Origin: Candidatus Daviesbacteria bacterium
Lineage (GTDB): Bacteria; Patescibacteriota; Microgenomatia; Daviesbacterales; UBA10151
DNA: 64,000 nt
Assembly: GCA_030648435.1 (NCBI GenBank)
Contig: JAUSHE010000008.1
Span: 3,449-67,448 of the forward strand
Direction of reading: 5' to 3'
In this document: piece by piece, positions 38,206 through 47,793 of the stretch
Numbering within the stretch: position 1 is the stretch's first letter
Layout of the letters: each line of letters begins with the position of its first letter
Made by a program: the position numbers and the translations under genes
Notes under the pieces: model-generated
Seen by the model: the letters and a program-made list of their open reading frames with translations, nothing else
Database searches by the model: none
What the model was told of the DNA's origin: nothing

Positions 38206-39425
38206 CTGAAGATCTTCTTTGTAATCAGATTATAAAATATTATAAAAGAAAGGGCATCTGAGACAACTGTAATCCAAGATGCTGCTATAAATCCAAATTT
38301 AGGGATAAAAAGAATATTTAAAATAATATTAAATGCTACTGTAAAAAGGGAAAGCACTATGACGTTTTTCAGATATTTTTCTGATGAAAATAATACCTGC
38401 ACCCCGGGGGTTGCAAGAAATATAAACGGGATTGAGAGTGAAAGAATCCTGACTGCCTCAATGGCCTGAAGATAATTTGGCAAAAAGATTTTAATTACTT
38501 CCGGTAATATTAAAAGGTAAGCAAAAAATAATATCATTCCAGCCGCACCCATTAGTTTAAGGCTTTTAAAATACAGCTTTTTCATCTCATCTGTATTTTC
38601 ACCATGTAATCTTGCCAAAGCAGGAAACAACGCCATAGCAAAAGCTCCGGGGATAAATATTATTGCCTCCAAAAACCTATAAGCCGCCCCATATATACCT
38701 GTTTCGAAATTCCCCCTCATATACGATAACAAAACTGCATCTACTCTAAAATAGAGTAGTCCTAAAATTCCCAGTAGCCCATAGGGTAGCGACCCGATGA
38801 TAATTTTTTTAATGATAGAAAGCCGGACAGCGGATAGAATTAACTGTTTATATTTATACAAAAATACCAGCAGGGCTAACGCATAAATTACCTGTCCGAA
38901 AATCAAAGCATTTACTGCGCCAAAAGTACCAAAGCCGTTGTTTATTAAAATAAAACCAAATAACGCAGTTGCCAAAGAAGAGATAAAAAGGGAGGCAGCA
39001 GAAAATTGCAACTTTTGAATCGCCACAAAAACCGCATCAAAAGTTAAAGCAATGGCTTGGGGTAAAATTGCCAGAGTTGCCAGAAGTATCAAACTGACCC
39101 GCATTTTGTCGGCATCAAATAAATATAAAATTACTGAGAATACGGCAAATAAAACAGAGGTTAAAGTAACCCTGAGAATACTTATATTCCAAAGCAATTC
39201 AGAAACTTTCGACCGGTCCAGGGCAACTTCCCTGATCAAAAACCGGTTAAACCCTAAATCGGCAACAGATGAAATAATGGAAAAATAAGCCAGCGCAACA
39301 GTAAGTAAACCGAAATCGGCAACCCCAAAAGACCTGGCCAAATAAATGGTATAAAAAAAACCAACTATCCGTGTTAGACTCTGTGCCAAAAACAACCAGG
39401 AAGTCTGTTTTAAAATATTCCTCAT
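38202..39425 (-). CDS. Polysaccharide biosynthesis / oligosaccharide flippase (Wzx-like) membrane protein
   Basis: ~12 TM helices, MOP-flippase-like N-terminus. 4-nt overlap with GT2. Confidence 0.65.
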   Translation of the reverse strand: MRNILKQTSWLFLAQSLTRIVGFFYTIYLARSFGVADFGLLTVALAYFSIISSVADLGFNRFLIREVALDRSKVSELLWNISILRVTLTSVLFAVFSVILYLFDADKMRVSLILLATLAILPQAIALTFDAVFVAIQKLQFSAASLFISSLATALFGFILINNGFGTFGAVNALIFGQVIYALALLVFLYKYKQLILSAVRLSIIKKIIIGSLPYGLLGILGLLYFRVDAVLLSYMRGNFETGIYGAAYRFLEAIIFIPGAFAMALFPALARLHGENTDEMKKLYFKSLKLMGAAGMILFFAYLLILPEVIKIFLPNYLQAIEAVRILSLSIPFIFLATPGVQVLFSSEKYLKNVIVLSLFTVAFNIILNILFIPKFGFIAASWITVVSDALSFIIFYNLITKKIFR

Positions 39426-39462
39426 TCTTTCATTATACCTAATCTGCTAAAATGTGCATTAA

Positions 39463-39534
39463 GGACGGATAGCTCAGCGGTAGAGCGCTGCATTCACATT
39501 GCAGATGCCGGGGGTTCAAATCCCTCTCCGTCCA
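39463..39534 (+). tRNA. tRNA-Val (anticodon CAC)
   Basis: Acceptor GGACGGA/TCCGTCC, anticodon stem CTGCA/TGCAG with loop TTCACAT, T-loop GTTCAAA. Followed by T5. Confidence 0.8.
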
Positions 39535-39693
39535 CTTTTTGGGCTTTTTATCTTTACCGACCGGCCTCGCGATAAACTGTCGGCTCGAACACGTCCTGCA
39601 CCAAACGATGCGGGACTTCAAAAAACGCAAAAATTTTAAAGAACTTTTCAAAATTAAATATACAGATTAGAAAATTAATTTGCAATAGTGCTG

Positions 39694-40221
39694 TTATCTT
39701 ACGAATTTATAAACAGTGATCTCGCTTATTGAGGATTTTTCAAAATCCTTGGCAACGCTCATAATGATGCTTAAAACTTCATCATCGGAAATAGGTTTAA
39801 GTCGGTTATTATCTGTAAATTTAGCCATAATCTTATCTACTATTGAACACTTTTTAAATCCTGGGTTTAACATGGGTATGGCCAGTGTCTTAACTTTGTA
39901 AATATCTGCCAAAGTTAATGCTGATCTTATGGCTTGATGTAAAAGGGTAAAATTCATTAAGTAAGTGGGATCAAAACTGTCTTTTATAGGTACAAAAATA
40001 ATGTGTTTGACTTTTATATCATGTCCCTTGGTGATAACGGCATTACCTAGAGCGCAATATCCTATTGCCAACAATTCCGCCTCCAAACCTTTCCCTGCTT
40101 TTTCAAGAAGCTCCTTAGCGTTTTTATTTGTTGTGGCGGTTAGATCTGTCACCGATCCACAGATTAAAGAGTCACCCTTAAAATCTGTTAACTGACCTGT
40201 TGCTAAAGTAATAGTAGGCAT
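39694..40221 (-). CDS. Macro-domain-like protein (tentative)
   Basis: ITLATGQLTDFKGDSLICGSVTDL and KTLAIPMLNPGF resemble the GDIT...DAIVNAAN and IAFPAISTG motifs of macro domains. Confidence 0.45.
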   Translation of the reverse strand: MPTITLATGQLTDFKGDSLICGSVTDLTATTNKNAKELLEKAGKGLEAELLAIGYCALGNAVITKGHDIKVKHIIFVPIKDSFDPTYLMNFTLLHQAIRSALTLADIYKVKTLAIPMLNPGFKKCSIVDKIMAKFTDNNRLKPISDDEVLSIIMSVAKDFEKSSISEITVYKFVR

Positions 40222-40243
40222 ATAGGCTGTATATTACAGTAAA

Positions 40244-40474
40244 TCACGGCAAAGTCTCACAAGCAATACCATCCCCATCTCTATCCAACCTATGTGGATC
40301 ACCTGAGCCAGCAGACTCAAAGAATGCCTGAGCCTCTGCATGAGTTGCGAAATCAGTACAATCTTTATCTCCAGATTTTGTAGTACCAGTAGGTTTTTGT
40401 GTAGGAGTTACATTAATTTCTGGAGAGTAAGAGGGTCGTGGTGCTGGTGTTGATGATTTAGTATTACCAAACAA
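40244..40474 (-). CDS. Excalibur calcium-binding domain protein (membrane-anchored)
   Basis: [38 protein letters not shown] matches the Excalibur motif. Confidence 0.6.
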   Translation of the reverse strand: MFGNTKSSTPAPRPSYSPEINVTPTQKPTGTTKSGDKDCTDFATHAEAQAFFESAGSGDPHRLDRDGDGIACETLP

Positions 40475-40596
40475 GGCTACTGCACCCCCACCAATAATTG
40501 CTGCTGCAATAATTGCAAGTATCCACTTGCCAGTGTTATTTGGTTTTATTCCATTTGTTGATGTTTGTTCTTCTATGATAGATCACCTCTTTTCAG

Positions 40597-41952
40597 TTAT
40601 TGATCGGGAAGCTTAAGGGCTGCTACAACTCCACTTTCATAACCTTTTCGAATCTTGACCATCTCTCCGTTTATACGCTCTAATTTCTCGTCTAACTTAT
40701 TGATTAGTCCCTGATAATGTTCACTTAGTTTATTAATATCAATCTCAAGTCTCTCTTCTAAACTCATTCTTAAACCATTCCTTCTTGCTATCTCCGCCCT
40801 GTTATTTTCTATCTCTTCCGCTACTGTCATTTTAGTTTTGCTTTCAAACTTCTCTTTTTGTAAATATTTACGGATATAATCTAAACCTACTTCAAATAAG
40901 AGGAGTACGTTAAAAAGTGTTATTAAAAAGATAGCGAAAATAACTTTTATGGGAGTGAATAAGAACGAAAAGCCGTATTCTTTTTGCACTTTCCTTATAG
41001 TAATAGCTACAGCAATTATGAGTGGTACAAAAAGCAAGCGTAGTAGTGAATCTAAAACTTCAGGTACATTACTAAGCCAAGATAGAGAAACCATAAGGAT
41101 ATAGATTGTCATCAAAATTAAACCAACTACTAGCATTGTACCCGTCTGTAATTTTCTAAGGTGCTTCCTAAAGAATGGAGATTTTTCCAGAAAATCAATA
41201 ACTCTATCTATTAAGACTAGGAATACTAAAGCTACTATCCCGCTAAATATATAAATTGCTATTCGATTGTCTTTAAACTGAATTTTTAAAACATCATTAA
41301 AAATAAAGTAAGTTATATAGAAATCACCAGCCAAGAGTAAACCAATAACTATTATATAAACATATCTCAACGCATCTGTTTCTAATCTTTCAGCAGCTTT
41401 AGAAAGGGATTCTTTAGTTTTCTGAATGAGATCAGAGAAAAAATATTTCCTTTGAACGTTGACCTTATTATTTTGTTCCAATACTTCATTTTTTCCATCC
41501 TCTTCCCGTTTTAGTTGGAATAATTCTTTTTCCTTAAGATCCAAATTAGTTTCTAACTCTTTTATCTCCTCTTCTAGCTTTTTATCTCTTTCTCTGTACA
41601 CTCTAGTTGCTATTTGTTTTTTACCATCTAATTCTTCTTTAAGAGAACCTATTTGTTCCTGTAGTCGACCTACATTCTGGTTATAGTCCTTAATGTATTC
41701 TGAAAGTCCCATTTGAAAAACCATATCCTTTACCATATCAACACGCTCTTGCATACTTTTTTGAGAGTGAGGTGAAGTTAATCTTTTATTAATTTCAGGT
41801 CTAAATCTAGTTACAACCTTTTTACCAGTTCGATAGCCATAGCGGTGATGTCTTGTATTATATAAATAAGCTGCTACGACTGCTCCTGTACCACCAAAAA
41901 TAGTGGTTAGGGTAGTAAAATTAGTTTGTAAAAAGTTAATAAATTCACTCAT
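40597..41952 (-). CDS. Hypothetical polytopic membrane protein with long coiled-coil segments
   Basis: Coiled-coil EEIKELETNLDLKEKELFQLKREEDGK followed by ~6 TM helices and a second coiled coil. Confidence 0.45.
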   Translation of the reverse strand: MSEFINFLQTNFTTLTTIFGGTGAVVAAYLYNTRHHRYGYRTGKKVVTRFRPEINKRLTSPHSQKSMQERVDMVKDMVFQMGLSEYIKDYNQNVGRLQEQIGSLKEELDGKKQIATRVYRERDKKLEEEIKELETNLDLKEKELFQLKREEDGKNEVLEQNNKVNVQRKYFFSDLIQKTKESLSKAAERLETDALRYVYIIVIGLLLAGDFYITYFIFNDVLKIQFKDNRIAIYIFSGIVALVFLVLIDRVIDFLEKSPFFRKHLRKLQTGTMLVVGLILMTIYILMVSLSWLSNVPEVLDSLLRLLFVPLIIAVAITIRKVQKEYGFSFLFTPIKVIFAIFLITLFNVLLLFEVGLDYIRKYLQKEKFESKTKMTVAEEIENNRAEIARRNGLRMSLEERLEIDINKLSEHYQGLINKLDEKLERINGEMVKIRKGYESGVVAALKLPDQ

Positions 41953-41960
41953 AATTCTAA

Positions 41961-43169
41961 CTAAAAATTCTCAAATATCACTTGGCAAGGGTTTAATAAT
42001 TCTTTATAAAACTGTTGTACGAGGTTGCGGTAAGATAGGTTATTATCATATTCCATACCTACAATAATAAACTTGTCGTCTGGCTTTTTACAAATAGTAG
42101 AACCATTTACGCTGAATCCCTTATTAGTCCTTTTCTCTAAATATCTTTTTAACACATCGTAATTTTTGGGTGTTGCATATACTTCCTTTCCTCCTGTAAC
42201 CTCGTCATCTCTAAGATAGAACTCACCATCTGTTACTAAAACAAATTCGCGATAACTATATTCTTCATTTCCACTATATTTTTCATTGACGATGTCATCA
42301 CTGATTTCTATTAGGTGGGGAATTAAATACGTACCAAAATGGCAACCCTGATTAGGATTAGCAATCCCTTTGCTGTAAAAGTCATATATGATATTATATA
42401 TCTCATCCGGATTATTAGTAACAATCTCTAACCCGTTTCTTTCTGTTTTTGGCTCCAGTTTATCTCCTATTTCAATGAGTATTTGTTCATTCCTACGAGA
42501 ATAAGTAATATTAGCTTCCCACTCGGGTTCTGTATATTTAATTACTAACTTATTGTTACAAGGATTGTCTTTAAGTTCTGGGCCATAAAAACGGATATTT
42601 ATTTTATTACGAGGAAGTATTCCCTGGTTGTTTAACATATATTCCTTAAACTTTTGAAACACAAAATCCGAATATTTAATGTTTGCTTTATTTTTTAGTG
42701 ATTCATTATCTCTATAAATTACAGAGTTGGAAATATCAAAAGACACATCAACTAATCTATTGGGAAATTGGTTTCCGAAGAGTTTGATGGAGGTGTTTGG
42801 TTTGTCTCCTTCTGTCGCTTTATTTATTAAATACTTCCTAAGTCTATTATCTTCACTACTTTTCAATGACTCTTCAAATACCGGCTCACCCTTTTTGTCT
42901 CTAATAATCAACTCACTACAATTATCACATTCATCTACTATAAAATTTCCTGCGTGTGGGTTATTCTTATTCTTTATGTCGATTCTTAAATCTCTGGGGG
43001 GTCTATTTATTGATTGAGCTATTAAATATCCAATTGGTGCTACTACAACTAAAAAGGTAATCAATCCAAATAATAAAACCCATTTATCCATTAAAGGAGG
43101 GGTAGTTTTAATCGACCGTTTTTTGTTCAGCTCTGCCAAATTTTTACCAATTTTAGTTTTATTAAGCAT
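41961..43169 (-). CDS. Hypothetical membrane-anchored protein
   Basis: N-terminal TM helix (WVLLFGLITFLVVVAPIGYLIA). No motif. Confidence 0.45.
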   Translation of the reverse strand: MLNKTKIGKNLAELNKKRSIKTTPPLMDKWVLLFGLITFLVVVAPIGYLIAQSINRPPRDLRIDIKNKNNPHAGNFIVDECDNCSELIIRDKKGEPVFEESLKSSEDNRLRKYLINKATEGDKPNTSIKLFGNQFPNRLVDVSFDISNSVIYRDNESLKNKANIKYSDFVFQKFKEYMLNNQGILPRNKINIRFYGPELKDNPCNNKLVIKYTEPEWEANITYSRRNEQILIEIGDKLEPKTERNGLEIVTNNPDEIYNIIYDFYSKGIANPNQGCHFGTYLIPHLIEISDDIVNEKYSGNEEYSYREFVLVTDGEFYLRDDEVTGGKEVYATPKNYDVLKRYLEKRTNKGFSVNGSTICKKPDDKFIIVGMEYDNNLSYRNLVQQFYKELLNPCQVIFENF

Positions 43170-43233
43170 AATTAATACCTAATCTTAACTTAAATGATAG
43201 CATATTGAGATTAAATTTTGTTTCCGTCTATAA

Positions 43234-44154
43234 TTATCTGCATAAAGTTTCGCAAGGCACACCATCTTTATCTCCATCCAAGCGTGATACACCACAGGTA
43301 TTTAGATAGAACTCAGCTTCTGCACAGGATGACATTTGACCACAGGTTGTTTTTTCTGCACAAGTAAATCCACTAGTTGTAGTGGGGTTGACTGTTCCGC
43401 TAGTTTGTGTTGATGGTTGTGGGGTATTTGTAAGACAAGCATTATCAGCCCACAACCCCCTTTTATTTTCCTCGGCTTCCTTTTGTGCTTGCTTGAATTC
43501 AGACTGATATTTGTAGGGTATATTGTAGGTATATTCATGTGCATATCCTTCGCTAATCATCAGTTTATTAAAATTAGTTCCATCTTCTAAAAACACATAC
43601 CTAAGAAGTCTTTGATATTTATCTCTCTCACCTTGCGTTGGGTCTGACTCAAGCATTACGGATTTATCTGAAAGTAGTAACTTAGCTTTTGCCGATGCTT
43701 CTTTACCGAAACACTGAACTGATTTTCTAGGATCTACTGTCTCGGGTGAGTCAATACCAATCAAACGGATGGTTTCTTTTTCGTTATCAATAACAACCTG
43801 GATGGTATCTCCGTCAATAACTTTGGTAACCTTAAATGTTTCACTCTGTTTAGCTTGAGTTTGTGGGTTTTTTTGTTCTTCTGCTTTCTCTTGGGTATTC
43901 TGACCAGTAGATTGAGTACTCTCTTGATTACTCCCTTTTACAGCTGAGGAGCCGATATCTTTTTTTATGGATGATGGTTCTGCAACTATACCTGTAAGGA
44001 CAAAGAAGATTATACTCAAAGATCCAAAAACTAGTAATATCTTTTTTCTAGTTAGAGAGCGTTTGATAAACTTAATTAATAAGGTCGGTCTAATTAGACC
44101 TAACACTAAACCTAATGATGATATAAGAAACAAGATCAAAAATATATAATTCAT
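43234..44154 (-). CDS. Membrane-anchored thermonuclease (SNase) with C-terminal Excalibur domain
   Basis: VIDGDTIQVV...RLIGIDSPETV...YQRLL SNase motifs. C-terminal CAEAEFYLNTCGVSRLDGDKDGVPCETLC Excalibur. Confidence 0.75.
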   Translation of the reverse strand: MNYIFLILFLISSLGLVLGLIRPTLLIKFIKRSLTRKKILLVFGSLSIIFFVLTGIVAEPSSIKKDIGSSAVKGSNQESTQSTGQNTQEKAEEQKNPQTQAKQSETFKVTKVIDGDTIQVVIDNEKETIRLIGIDSPETVDPRKSVQCFGKEASAKAKLLLSDKSVMLESDPTQGERDKYQRLLRYVFLEDGTNFNKLMISEGYAHEYTYNIPYKYQSEFKQAQKEAEENKRGLWADNACLTNTPQPSTQTSGTVNPTTTSGFTCAEKTTCGQMSSCAEAEFYLNTCGVSRLDGDKDGVPCETLCR

Positions 44155-44238
44155 AATGTCACTTCAGGTTAGCTTTGCCCAGAAAAATCTTAACTGCAAT
44201 TTTACTCTTTTCTAACTATAATTTCTAGAGGAACAGTA

Positions 44239-44523
44239 ATGATTAATATATGTTATAATTGTTTTGTGAGAAAATTCATTCTTTGTCTTTCTGCTCTATT
44301 TCTAATTATTTCCTTTGCTTTAGCCAATATATCATCTGTGGAAGCTGCTCAAAAAGTCAAGGGTTATATAAAGAAAAATGGAACCTATGTAGCCCCTCAC
44401 TTCAAAACCTCCCCTAATAAATCAAAGTTTGATAATTTTTCCACTAAAGGTAACATAAATCCTTATACAGGTAAAAAAGGAGCTGTTAGTCCTTTTAAAA
44501 TAACTCCCAAAAAATACAGATAA
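44239..44523 (+). CDS. Small secreted protein sharing an N-terminal motif with the downstream repeat protein
   Basis: Signal peptide, then YIKKNGTYVAPHFKTSPNKS, comparable to YFRKDGTFVQSHYRSRPDG in 44915..46531. Confidence 0.4.
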   Translation: MINICYNCFVRKFILCLSALFLIISFALANISSVEAAQKVKGYIKKNGTYVAPHFKTSPNKSKFDNFSTKGNINPYTGKKGAVSPFKITPKKYR

Positions 44524-44524
44524 A

Positions 44525-44914
44525 ATGAGCAAAAATCATTTAATAGTCATTTATATACTTCTAGCCATACTTACATTTTTCACTTTTTCTCAAAAAACTG
44601 GTAAGACTACTGATCTAGATGACATAAAAAATAGGGTTATTAAAGTTGAGTTTCTTCAAGAAGCTACTAGAATTCGGGATAATTTGGTGGGGTTCAAACA
44701 AGTTAACGCCTCTTTAGCTAATGATGCCGAACGCATAAAAAGTTGTAATGAAAGTAAAGATTTATTAATTGAATGGTCAGAGGATGTCAAGAAACTGGGT
44801 AATAATTACTCTGACCGCATAAATAATAACCAAGATGCTAAAGAATACTTTGATGCAATAAGCAAACTAAATGATGCCATTGCGGCTGATTGTAATAAAC
44901 TTACCTCAAATTAA
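44525..44914 (+). CDS. Hypothetical membrane-anchored protein
   Basis: N-terminal TM helix. 1-nt spacing to flanking genes suggests co-transcription. Confidence 0.4.
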   Translation: MSKNHLIVIYILLAILTFFTFSQKTGKTTDLDDIKNRVIKVEFLQEATRIRDNLVGFKQVNASLANDAERIKSCNESKDLLIEWSEDVKKLGNNYSDRINNNQDAKEYFDAISKLNDAIAADCNKLTSN

Positions 44915-46531
44915 ATGACTGGGCGAATAATCTATAAACTTGTAATCTGCCTTTTATTGCTAATTCCTGTATTTTTTATCCTTACTTCAATTGCAGAAGC
45001 CAGAAGTTATAGGAGTTCTTATTCTGATGTACAAGTAAGATCATATTTTAGAAAAGATGGTACTTTTGTCCAGAGCCATTATAGATCTCGTCCTGATGGG
45101 GTTATCTCTAATAATTATTCCTGTATTGATAATGGAAGGTGTGGTGCAAATTACACATCACGAAGTTATAGCACTTACTCATTTACCCTTCCGAGTAGCT
45201 ATACCTATAAACCATCTTGGCTACCTGTACTTGCACCAGTGGGTTATGATTATGGGGGTTCAACCGGATATACATCCTATACACAACCTGCACCCAAGAT
45301 TACTCCGCCTATTAATGCTCATTTGAATTACTTTGGTGACAGTTGGGTATGTGATAACGGTTATAAGCGCAACTATCTAACTGATCAATGTGACAAAATT
45401 GAGGTTCCCTCAAACGCATATTTGGCATCTTGGGGAAGCGATTGGCTTTGTAGCACAGGGTACAAAAAGAATTATCTAACTGATCAATGTGATAAGGTAA
45501 TTATCCCTGCTAATGGGTCACTAAACTACTTTGGGAATGATTTTACTTGTAACAAAGGTTTCAAGAAGGATTATTTAACAAACCAATGTGATCAAATTAC
45601 AATTCCTGAAAACGCTAGTCTAAGCTATTTTGGCGATGACTGGACATGTAGCTATGGCTATAAAAAGAATTACTCTATAAACAGATGCGATAAAGTAGAA
45701 GTTCCTGCTAACGCTAGTATGTATAGTTGGGGTTCAGACTGGTACTGTAATAAAGGGTTTAAAAAAAATTACACCACCAACCAGTGCGATTCTGTAATAG
45801 TACCTGAAAACGCAAGCTTAGATTACTTTGGTTCTGATTGGAATTGTAACTCTGGGTACAAAAAGAACTACTCAATTAACGGGTGCGACAAAGTTGAGGT
45901 TCCAGCTAATGCGACTTTATACAGTTGGGGATCGGATTGGTATTGCAATAAAGGATTTAAGAAGAACTATACTACCAATCTATGTGACTCAGTAGTGGTT
46001 CCTGAAAACGCAAGTTTGAATTATTTTGGAGATGATTGGGTCTGTAATAATAGCTTCAAAAAGAATTATTCAACCAATAAGTGCGACAAAATAGAAGTAC
46101 CTGCTAATGCTACCTTAAACAGTTGGGGTAGCGACTGGACTTGTAATTCTGGCTATCGAAAAAACTATACAACCAATCAATGTGATAAAGTAGAATGTTC
46201 TACCAACTCTTACGAGTCCTACGGATATTGCTACTGTAACTCTGGCTATAAAAAGAACTATTCTACTGGTCAGTGTGAAAAGGTTGAATGTCCAGCAAAT
46301 TCTTATGAATCTTATGGCTATTGTTACTGCAATAGCGGATATACCAAAAATTATAGTACAAATCTGTGTGAACCTAATATTAAGACTACTCCTACGCCCA
46401 CTATACTCCCTACCCCCATTCCTACTCCAACGCTTACGCCTACTTCTACACTAACACCGATCCCAATTCTTACACCTACCCCCACTCCTGAATTAACTGT
46501 ATCTCCATCTCCCTCACCCACCAGTCCGTAA
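44915..46531 (+). CDS. Secreted Cys-repeat protein: 10 x 33-aa repeats, 2 x 35-aa CxC repeats, Pro/Thr-rich C-terminal tail
   Basis: Signal/TM N-terminus. Repeat consensus P.NASL.(Y/S)(F/W)G.DW.C..G(Y/F)KKNY(S/T).N.CD.V.(V/I). Tail TPTPTILPTPIPTPTLTPTSTLTPIPILTPTPTPELTVSPSPSPTSP. Confidence 0.6.
   Translation: MTGRIIYKLVICLLLLIPVFFILTSIAEARSYRSSYSDVQVRSYFRKDGTFVQSHYRSRPDGVISNNYSCIDNGRCGANYTSRSYSTYSFTLPSSYTYKPSWLPVLAPVGYDYGGSTGYTSYTQPAPKITPPINAHLNYFGDSWVCDNGYKRNYLTDQCDKIEVPSNAYLASWGSDWLCSTGYKKNYLTDQCDKVIIPANGSLNYFGNDFTCNKGFKKDYLTNQCDQITIPENASLSYFGDDWTCSYGYKKNYSINRCDKVEVPANASMYSWGSDWYCNKGFKKNYTTNQCDSVIVPENASLDYFGSDWNCNSGYKKNYSINGCDKVEVPANATLYSWGSDWYCNKGFKKNYTTNLCDSVVVPENASLNYFGDDWVCNNSFKKNYSTNKCDKIEVPANATLNSWGSDWTCNSGYRKNYTTNQCDKVECSTNSYESYGYCYCNSGYKKNYSTGQCEKVECPANSYESYGYCYCNSGYTKNYSTNLCEPNIKTTPTPTILPTPIPTPTLTPTSTLTPIPILTPTPTPELTVSPSPSPTSP
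45302..46195 (+). repeat. Intragenic tandem repeat, 99-bp unit x ~10 (alternating two subtypes, giving a 198-bp super-repeat)
   Basis: Read directly from the translated ORF and the DNA. Confidence 0.7.
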
Positions 46532-46551
46532 TCTACTATAATCTTATCTCT

Positions 46552-46728
46552 TTTTCTTCCCCAAAACTTTTTCTAACCCACCCTTACCATATTTAATCAC
46601 TTGCCCAATTTTAGAAACAGTTGAGGTACTTGTTTCAACTTTTTCTGCTATTTCATCATAAGTTTTTCCATCAAGAATTAATTTTGCAATTTTTAATCTT
46701 TGAGCTAAATCTAAGATTTCTTCTTACC
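46552..46728 (-). pseudogene. TrpR/YerC-like DNA-binding protein fragment (no start codon)
   Basis: EEILDLAQRLKIAKLILDGKTYDEIAEKVETSTSTVSKIGQVIKYGKGG matches the YerC/TrpR-like HTH. The frame opens right after a TAA with no Met. Confidence 0.3.
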
Positions 46729-47083
46729 TAATTATTGCACAAAAAAGGGTTAATTAGTAGCTTTATTGGTTTGGTAAAGATTGTCCAGAATTTGTTGCAG
46801 GTTTGGGTTGAGTTGGAGCAGGAGTTTGTTTTTCAAAAGCTATCACTTCTTTTACCTCAATAACATTATTTTCAGGTGTCATATTTCCTTTAACCATAAC
46901 TTGCCTGTTAATATCATCAGCTAAATTAATATTGTTATTTGTAGGCCTTAGAGTCCAGATAGAATTATTAGGGGGATTTTGGTTAGGATCTTTTAAGTGT
47001 GCTGTAGGGACAAACCTACCTGATGAATCTCTTTGTTCATGCTGGGCAACCCAGCAGACAATTAAAGGTTCAAGTTAAGAATA

Positions 47084-47656
47084 TTATTCAATAGCAAAAA
47101 CTATTAATTTTTCGTGATATTCAGGCTTTTTTGTAGAATCAACACCATATAAAACTACCTCCGTAATATCAAATGTCCAGTTGACTTTCTCTAGCCTGGA
47201 GTTTAATTCCAATTGGGAGGCTTTAAATGCTTTTTGAGCTTCCGGATCTCCTACCCAAGCTAAAGAAACATGAGGATGAAATGGTAAATCATTATCAGAA
47301 GCGTAGTAATGAGATAGACTTTTTGAAAGTATTTTATTAAATTCCTTTAATTGCTTAGGGTATTGAACATCTAAAAATAGCACTCTCGGTTTATCTTTTC
47401 CAAAATATCCAAGACCGCCAACTTTTAATTTAGCTCCTTTTAATATTTCTAAATGCTTTTTAATATCTTCTACTATCTCCGGCAAAGCAGATTGAGATTG
47501 TTTGCTTAAGTAACAAACGGTAATATGAGGAGTTTTGGGGTAGGTTGTTTTAAATAAAGGACTAATTTGAGAAACATCAGCTTGTAGATCTTCAAAATCT
47601 TGTTGATATTTTTGAGGAAGAGGGATTCCAACGAAGTATGAACTATAATCTTTCAC
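47084..47656 (-). CDS. 2H phosphoesterase family protein (LigT-like 2'-5' RNA ligase / cyclic phosphodiesterase)
   Basis: Two H-x-(T/S)-x motifs: PHITVCYL and HPHVSLAWV. Confidence 0.75.
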   Translation of the reverse strand: MKDYSSYFVGIPLPQKYQQDFEDLQADVSQISPLFKTTYPKTPHITVCYLSKQSQSALPEIVEDIKKHLEILKGAKLKVGGLGYFGKDKPRVLFLDVQYPKQLKEFNKILSKSLSHYYASDNDLPFHPHVSLAWVGDPEAQKAFKASQLELNSRLEKVNWTFDITEVVLYGVDSTKKPEYHEKLIVFAIE

Positions 47657-47793
47657 AACAGCAGTATATCAAATTTATAATGCGGGGCCTCATCCGGGGG
47701 GGGGATGCGTCGATGAAAGGACGTCCGGATTTTTTCGTATACGTCCACCCGCCTCTTGCTTCACAACTGAAATTTTTGAGATAATCACAGGAT

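Noticed and set aside
39439-39651. 70-aa ORF on the minus strand
   Set aside because: It lies exactly over tRNA-Val (39463-39534) and its terminator, so it is a spurious antisense reading.
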